Of a stretch of DNA of 32,000 bases, positions 27,121-32,000 are shown piece after piece. The stretch's first letter is position 1. Each line of letters starts with the position of its first letter. A model generated the notes under the pieces. It did no database searches and was not told the origin of the DNA. It worked only from the letters and a program-made list of their open reading frames with translations. Where the stretch lies: positions 4,590,001 through 4,622,000 of the forward strand of contig NZ_RSDW01000001.1 of assembly GCF_003945235.1 (NCBI RefSeq), in the 5' to 3' direction. The stretch is from Edaphobacter aggregans (lineage in GTDB: Bacteria; Acidobacteriota; Terriglobia; Terriglobales; Acidobacteriaceae). The position numbers and the translations under genes were made by a program.

Positions 27121-27633
27121 ATGAAGACAGCCTTACGGTTGATGGCTTTTGCGACAGGGCTTCTCGCGGTGCAGGTGGCTATGGCGCAGGCACCCGCGGG
27201 AGCGACGGGACAGTGTAAGGACGGCACGTACACCACGTCGGCCAGCAAGAGCGGCGCGTGCCATGGGCATCAGGGCGTCAAGGAGTGGTTTGCAACCTCT
27301 GCTCCCGCTGCGGCTGCCAGCACAGCGAAGTCGACGGCAGCGGCTGCTCCGGCCGCGGCTGCCAGCACGGCGAAGGCTGCCCCTGCGGCAGCGGCTGCTG
27401 CTCCTGCTGCTGCTGCTTCGACCACCAAGTCTGCAGCGTCGCATGCGTCGACGGCCACCATGGCGCAGGCTCCGGGCGGCGGACCTGGAATGGTCTGGGT
27501 CAACACTGCCACGAACGTCTATCACTGTCCGGGTACGCAGTATTACGGGAAGACGAAGGCTGGTTCGTACATGTCCGAGGCCGATGCGAAGGCCAAGGGC
27601 GCTCACGCGGACCATAACAAGCCCTGCAGCTAG
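27121..27633 (+). CDS. Secreted DUF3761-domain protein with an Ala-rich linker and a Cys-containing C-terminal domain
   Basis: GAGGAG lies upstream of the ATG. The signal is LMAFATGLLAVQVAMAQ. The DUF3761-like motif is CKDGTYTTSASKSGACHGHQGVKEW. The C-terminal segment is VWVNTATNVYHCPGTQYYGKTKAGSYMSEADAKAKG. Confidence 0.7.
   Translation: MKTALRLMAFATGLLAVQVAMAQAPAGATGQCKDGTYTTSASKSGACHGHQGVKEWFATSAPAAAASTAKSTAAAAPAAAASTAKAAPAAAAAAPAAAASTTKSAASHASTATMAQAPGGGPGMVWVNTATNVYHCPGTQYYGKTKAGSYMSEADAKAKGAHADHNKPCS
27310..27375 (+). repeat. 45-bp-period tandem repeat in the Ala-rich linker
   Basis: gcggctgccagcacagcgaag (27310-27330) and gcggctgccagcacggcgaag (27355-27375) match at 20 of 21 positions. 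Both encode AAAASTAK. Confidence 0.6.
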
Positions 27634-27647
27634 TAATCCCGGCTCGA

Positions 27648-27811
27648 TAAAGTCCGCGACGTAGCAGGTAGCCCGTCTGCACTCGTATCCCTCTGTCTGC
27701 TTTCGTGCAAAGTATTCAATCCAAAACGTTTAGGTTTGGACTTGAATTGTTGGTTAGTGGGAAAGTCTCTTGAATCAGGACGTTACGAATAGCGTTAATG
27801 TAAAGTATTGA
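27648..27811 (+). repeat. TAAAGT / AAAGTATT[C/G]A motif copies in an orphan AT-rich spacer
   Basis: taaagtc lies at 27648-27654, aaagtattca at 27709-27718 and taaagtattga at 27801-27811. This is the same motif as in the ilvD-ilvB spacer. Confidence 0.5.
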
Positions 27812-27873
27812 TTTAATTTATTTTATCGATAGACCTTCTTTGGAATTGGTTGTGACGCAGGATTTAAAAGGAA

Positions 27874-27899
27874 AAACCCCGGCTTACTGACCGGGGTTT
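27874..27899. terminator. Strong hairpin terminator (better U-tract on the minus strand)
   Basis: aaaccccgg (27874-27882) pairs with ccggggttt (27891-27899) around an 8-nt loop. The minus-strand reading is followed by TTTTTCCTTTT, and the plus-strand reading by CTTCTTTCATTTC. Confidence 0.65.
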
Positions 27900-28123
27900 C
27901 TTCTTTCATTTCTATAGTTAAGCATAGCAGAATTGGCTAAATGAAGTGCCACAGTTATGTCATTGATTTTGCTTAGGATAGGATTGTCTGGGCTTGACAG
28001 ATTTTCGCAGGATGAAGCCGTGTGACAGGCAAAGCAGGGGCTTCCGTTTCCGCGAAATCACACCCCAAAACCGAGATCTCAAAACGAAGACTTTCAGTCA
28101 AAACCAGGGCTTCAGCGGAAGTC

Positions 28124-29074
28124 TTATGGGCGCTGGTTGATGAGGCGGATCACCTCGAGGATGAGATCGCCTGAGATCTGGAGTGATTTCGGGGAGATCT
28201 TATCGATGGTGTCCTGAGGGGTGTGATGATAGCCGTCCGGCATCGCGCTCGTGTGTGGGCCGTAGTCGATATCGATCATGTCGAGGACCGGGACGCCGCG
28301 CTGCTTGAAGGGAAGATGGTCGTCTTCGACCTGGTTGGAGTTCTTGAAGACGTAGGCTGAATGGCCGGTATTTTTAGCCGCCTGAAGCAGTAAGTCCTCG
28401 AGTGCGGGGGTGGAGTTCAGGTCGCGGTCGATATTGAGGTCTTTATCGGCGATCATATCGGCGACGATGAAGGCCTTGATCTTGGCGAGGGTGCCGTTTT
28501 GGGACCACCTGGCGGCGAGATGGCGGGTGCCGTAGAGGGAGTCGGAGGCGGACCAGGAGCGGATGGCCTCTTCGCCGTCGTCAAAGACCAGCCAAACGCT
28601 GTAGCCCTCGGGCGGATGCGCGCGAAGGTAGTTGCCGATCTCCATGAGTAGCGCTGAGGTGGCGGCGCCGTCGTTGGCTCCGACGAAGCCGGTGTCCTTG
28701 AGCGGGTAGTTGGTCTCGTAGTGGCTGGCCAGGACGATGACGCCGTCCTTCTTGCCCGGATAGCGCACGATGAAGTTGCGCATGGGAAGCAGACCGGCAG
28801 GGGTGCTGGCGGAGAAGCTGTCGACCTCGAAGTTGCCCTTGGCTGCCTCGGCGGCGAAGTGCGATTTGATGAACTCTTCGGCCTTGGCGTGGTCGGGCGA
28901 GCCGATCCAGCGATGGGGAGCGGCGTCGAGATACTGTTTGGTCAGGTCGTAGGCGGCTTGTCCGCTGAATCGGGCAGTGGCCGGCTTCTGAGCCAGTGCG
29001 GGCAGGGCAGCGAGGAGAACAAACAACGGCAGAAGCAATCGCGGATTCTTTGATTTGCTTGATGCAGGGATCAT
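28124..29074 (-). CDS. M28-family peptidase / glutaminyl-cyclase-like protein, secreted
   Basis: The signal is PRLLLPLFVLLAALPALAQ. The M28 metal-ligand regions are GANDGAATSALLMEIG, VWLVFDDGEEA and VEDDHLPF. Its start overlaps the tatC stop (ATGA). Confidence 0.85.
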   Translation of the reverse strand: MIPASSKSKNPRLLLPLFVLLAALPALAQKPATARFSGQAAYDLTKQYLDAAPHRWIGSPDHAKAEEFIKSHFAAEAAKGNFEVDSFSASTPAGLLPMRNFIVRYPGKKDGVIVLASHYETNYPLKDTGFVGANDGAATSALLMEIGNYLRAHPPEGYSVWLVFDDGEEAIRSWSASDSLYGTRHLAARWSQNGTLAKIKAFIVADMIADKDLNIDRDLNSTPALEDLLLQAAKNTGHSAYVFKNSNQVEDDHLPFKQRGVPVLDMIDIDYGPHTSAMPDGYHHTPQDTIDKISPKSLQISGDLILEVIRLINQRP

Positions 29075-29856
29075 GCGGGTTTGATCTCTTTATTCTTGCG
29101 GCGTGATGGATTGAAGACCCAGGCCACGCCGACGCCCACCATATAGAGAGCAAGCATGGGAGTCGCAAACAGGCACATGCTGAATGGATCAGGCAGTGGG
29201 CAGATGATGGCCGCGATGACAAAGATCACCAGGATGGCGTAGCGAATGTGCCGGAGGAGGAACTTTGCATCGACGATGCCGAGGATGGAGAGGAAGAAGA
29301 TGAGGATCGGCAGCTCGAAGGTGATGCCGAGGCCGAGAATCACCGAGAGGAAGAAGTTGGTGTAGTCCTCGATGGTGATGATGGGGTGGAAGCGTCGGCC
29401 GAAGTCGCCGATCAGGACCCGGAGTGCGCCGGGCAGAACCCAGTGGTAGGCGAACCATACACCCGCAAGAAAGAGCGTGACCGTGGCGGTCATGAAGGGA
29501 ACCACGTACTTTTTCTCGTTGGTGTACATACCGGGCGAGATGAAGAGCCAGACCTGGTAGAGGATGAAAGGCGATGCGAGGATGGCCCCGCCAACCAGCG
29601 ACGTCTTCAGATAAAGGTTCAGTCCGTCGGTCGGGTGGGTGAAGTTGAGCTGAAGGTTCAGGACGTCCATCGGATGCTGGACGATGCCGTACAACCGCTC
29701 GTGGAACATGTAGGCTACTGCGAAGCCGATGAGCAGATAGATGACGGCGCGGATGAGCCGCTTGCGGAGCTCATCGAGATGCTCCATCAGGCTCATGCCT
29801 GGAAGTTCTGCTCGGTCGGTAACAGCAGCGCGGGCCCGGTCTACTAAATCAGCCAT
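29071..29856 (-). CDS. tatC: Twin-arginine translocase subunit TatC
   Basis: 261 aa with 6 TM helices. It contains MSLMEHLDELRKRLI and the typical TatC helices. Confidence 0.95.
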   Translation of the reverse strand: MADLVDRARAAVTDRAELPGMSLMEHLDELRKRLIRAVIYLLIGFAVAYMFHERLYGIVQHPMDVLNLQLNFTHPTDGLNLYLKTSLVGGAILASPFILYQVWLFISPGMYTNEKKYVVPFMTATVTLFLAGVWFAYHWVLPGALRVLIGDFGRRFHPIITIEDYTNFFLSVILGLGITFELPILIFFLSILGIVDAKFLLRHIRYAILVIFVIAAIICPLPDPFSMCLFATPMLALYMVGVGVAWVFNPSRRKNKEIKPA

Positions 29857-30421
29857 GGAGCGACGCCTCGGTCGTGCTTGGTTCTACATCGTGCGTCTGA
29901 TGGCGGTCCGGCTTCTGTTGCAGGGCGAACTCCTCGGTTGAGACAGGTGTGTTGAGCTCCGGATCGGGCACATGCGGCACCGAATCGAATGCATGTGAGA
30001 CGGAGGAGCGGGCCTCAGGTAATCCTGTGGACGGCGGCATCATGTTGAGTTCGCCGGAGCTGGCGATGGGCAGGGGCTCGGCTTCGAACTCGGGCTGCCG
30101 CATGTGCGGGTGGACTTCAAGGTCTTCGGCGGGAATCGACGAAGCGGCGGCTGACTCGGTGTTTGCGATGGTGTTTTCGGCTCCGTCCGTGATGGCTGGG
30201 GTGACGGGAGCGGCGGCCTCCATGGCGGCGATCTTCTTTTGCTGCTCGGCCTGTTCGGCCATGCGGAGCTCGTCTTCCATCTGCATGCGGAACTCGTTGG
30301 AGGCACGACGGAACTCGCCCATGAGTTTGCCCAGTTGACGCGCGAGTTCGGGCAACTTCTTCGGACCGAAGAGGAGGAGGGCGAGAATAAATATTACGGC
30401 GCTATCGCCGAGGCTCGGCAT
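29849..30421 (-). CDS. tatA: Twin-arginine translocase TatA/TatB-family protein (long, 190 aa)
   Basis: The N-terminus AVIFILALLLFGPKKLPELARQLGKLMGEFRRA is the TatA/B TM plus amphipathic-helix signature. It has a long acidic/Pro-rich tail. Its stop overlaps the tatC start by 8 nt. Confidence 0.85.
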   Translation of the reverse strand: MPSLGDSAVIFILALLLFGPKKLPELARQLGKLMGEFRRASNEFRMQMEDELRMAEQAEQQKKIAAMEAAAPVTPAITDGAENTIANTESAAASSIPAEDLEVHPHMRQPEFEAEPLPIASSGELNMMPPSTGLPEARSSVSHAFDSVPHVPDPELNTPVSTEEFALQQKPDRHQTHDVEPSTTEASLHG

Positions 30422-30608
30422 ACTTGTATCCCATCATAAATGGCTTACGCTCCAACTGAACAGATCGGATGTTGCTGGTTGACGTTGTTGTAAAATCAAT
30501 GAGGTAGAGCTGCAGCACTGATGCACGGTAACAGGACGAAAAGATGCACCTTCTGGGGGCGGCTCGTCGTCCAATGAGTTAGAAGCGGCAGAAATGGCCG
30601 CAGGTAAG

Positions 30609-30736
30609 GGTTGCAACATCCCCGTGGATTGGGTGACAAGTCACAGCGAATCCACTGCAACCGCGCAGTTCATGCTTTCAACATCCCCGTTTCAGAGGCG
30701 CAAGGCATTTGCCAACGACCTTATGAGACTGAAGGC
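30609..30736 (+). promoter_or_regulatory. Class I NAD+ riboswitch (nadA motif), two tandem bulged-stem domains
   Basis: Domain 1: P1 is ggttgca (30609-30615) with tgcaacc (30656-30662), the bulge is ACATCCCC (30616-30623), and P1a is gtggatt (30624-30630) with aatccac (30649-30655). Domain 2: P1 is gctttca (30674-30680) with tgaaggc (30730-30736), the bulge is ACATCCCC (30681-30688), and P1a is gtttca (30689-30694) with tgagac (30724-30729). It lies directly upstream of nadA. ACANCCCC bulges are the published hallmark of this motif. Confidence 0.8.
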
Positions 30737-30744
30737 GGAGTATT

Positions 30745-31884
30745 TTGATCGGTTTACTAGATGAGGTCACGGCAACGGCCGTGGAGACTGTTGCAGATTC
30801 GTGTTCCCTCGATAACTACCTGGCCCAGCCGGACCACACCATGGATGCCCGCATCGCAGCCGCTCGCGAGATCCTTGGCAAGGATGTTGTGCTGCTTGGC
30901 CACCACTATCAACGCGATGAGGTCATTCGGTTTGCCGACTACACCGGCGACAGCTACAAGCTGAGCAAAGTCGCCTGCGAGACGGACTCGAAGTACATGA
31001 TCTTCTGCGGCGTGCACTTTATGGCCGAGACCGCCGATGTACTCGCTAAACCATGGCAGCAAGTGATTTTGCCGGACCTAAATGCTGGCTGCTCGATGGC
31101 CGACATGGCTGAGATAGGCCAGGTCGAGGACTGCTGGGACTCGCTGGAACGCGCAGGGCTGACTGGCGATCTAATCCCGCTGACTTATATGAACTCCGCC
31201 GCTGCTATTAAGGCGTTCTGCGGCGAGCGCGGCGGGCTGGTCTGCACCTCGTCGAACGCTCGCGGAGCCTTCGAGTGGGCCTTTGCGCGTGCGGGGAAGA
31301 TTCTCTTTCTCCCCGACCAGCACCTCGGGCGCAATACCGCCTTTGCCATGGGCATTCCGCTGAACGAGATGGTTGTTTGGGATCCGTACCAGATCAACGG
31401 GGGCGTGAGTCCGGATCGCTTGAAGGCCGCAAAGGTCATTCTGTGGAAGGGGCATTGCTCGGTGCATCAGCGTTTTCTGCCTGAGCACGTCGACCGCGTC
31501 CGCGCCAACTATCCGGGGATGCAGGTGATCGTGCATCCGGAGTGCCGCTGGGAGGTCTGCCAGAAGGCTGACGCCATCGGCTCGACCGAGCGCATCATCG
31601 AGGTAATTGAGAAGGCTCCGGAAGGTTCAAGCTTTGCCGTCGGCACCGAGATTCATCTGGTCAATCGGATGGCGAAGCGGTTCGCTCCGCTGGGCAAGAA
31701 AGTTATCACGCTCGACGACGCTGGATGCCTGTGCACGACGATGTATCGCATTTCGCCACAACACCTTGCGTGGGCGCTCGAAAATCTGGTCGAAAACAGG
31801 GTTGTGAATCGCATCCATGTGGACGATGATGTGAAGCACTGGGCGAAGGTGGCCCTCGATCGCATGCTGGAGATACGGGTGTGA
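30745..31884 (+). CDS. nadA: Quinolinate synthase
   Basis: 379 aa. It contains GHHYQRDEVIRFADYTGDSYKLS, CSMADMA and VHPEC. The TTG start at 30745 follows the GAAGGCGGAG purine-rich SD region, which partly lies in riboswitch domain 2. In-frame alternatives are GTG at 30781 and ATG at 30841. Confidence 0.9.
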   Translation: MIGLLDEVTATAVETVADSCSLDNYLAQPDHTMDARIAAAREILGKDVVLLGHHYQRDEVIRFADYTGDSYKLSKVACETDSKYMIFCGVHFMAETADVLAKPWQQVILPDLNAGCSMADMAEIGQVEDCWDSLERAGLTGDLIPLTYMNSAAAIKAFCGERGGLVCTSSNARGAFEWAFARAGKILFLPDQHLGRNTAFAMGIPLNEMVVWDPYQINGGVSPDRLKAAKVILWKGHCSVHQRFLPEHVDRVRANYPGMQVIVHPECRWEVCQKADAIGSTERIIEVIEKAPEGSSFAVGTEIHLVNRMAKRFAPLGKKVITLDDAGCLCTTMYRISPQHLAWALENLVENRVVNRIHVDDDVKHWAKVALDRMLEIRV

Positions 31885-32000
31885 GCAAGACGTTTACCTT
31901 GAACGAGGCGCAGACGCTGCTGCCTGTGGTGGAAGCATTGTTGCGTAAGGGGCAGGCGGCTGGCGGGCGCGCAGGCGAACTCGACTCAGAGATGCAGGAG
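31881..32000 (+). CDS. DUF2203-like hypothetical protein, N-terminal 40 aa (continues beyond the window)
   Basis: The GTG overlaps the nadA stop (GTGA). The frame stays open to the window edge. The N-terminus VSKTFTLNEAQTLLPVVEALLRKG resembles DUF2203 N-termini, from memory. The ORF is too short here for certainty. Confidence 0.4.
   Translation, partial: MSKTFTLNEAQTLLPVVEALLRKGQAAGGRAGELDSEMQE

Noticed and set aside
27133-27664. Alternative-frame and antisense ORFs (160-171 aa) across the Ala-rich gene
   Set aside because: They are generated by the GCN-repeat linker. Their translations are Arg/Leu or Arg/Ser low complexity. The 27121-27633 frame has an SD, a signal peptide and recognisable domains.
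28012-28140. 42-aa plus-strand ORF in the orphan spacer, plus shorter 11-28 aa ORFs nearby
   Set aside because: It has no SD and overlaps the 3' end of the M28 gene. Its Arg/Gln/Ser-rich composition carries no recognisable feature.

Overview
This window looks like core chromosome, roughly high-50s % GC by eye, and is most consistent with an acidobacterium (Terriglobia-like). That assignment is an inference from the nadA-motif riboswitch and the gene content.

Gene order, left to right:
- dprA (5' partial) and topA
- small conserved ORFs (a hypothetical, DUF427, a secreted cupin)
- a group II PLP decarboxylase
- a cNMP-domain histidine kinase
- a DinB-family gene
- a ~14 kb branched-chain amino-acid supercluster, all on the minus strand: short leuA-like, leuB, leuC, leuD, ilvD, ilvB, ilvN, ilvC, with a divergent LysR regulator
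- envelope genes: Spy/CpxP-like, an OMP beta-barrel, TerC preceded by a 50-aa membrane ORF, and a DUF3761 protein
- a tatA-tatC-M28 peptidase operon
- nadA, preceded by a tandem ACANCCCC-bulge class I NAD+ (nadA-motif) riboswitch, then the start of a DUF2203-like ORF

I saw no tRNA, rRNA, CRISPR array, transposase, integrase or recognisable defence system, and I cannot point to a clear-cut new system.

The most unusual observations are:
1. Six non-biosynthetic ORFs sit inside the leu/ilv operon, all predicted exported or membrane proteins. Several overlap their neighbours (ATGA overlaps), and two have atypical composition.
2. A 27-28 bp imperfect direct repeat duplicates the ilvN translation start and brackets one of these extra ORFs.
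3. Two AT-rich noncoding islands (15922-16123 and 27634-28123) share an AAAGTATT[C/G]A motif. The second lies orphaned between convergent genes around a strong hairpin terminator.
4. The leuA-like gene lacks the C-terminal leucine-feedback domain and faces a LysR gene across a perfect T-N11-A palindrome.

All calls rest on reading the sequence and the ORF translations. No database search was run.
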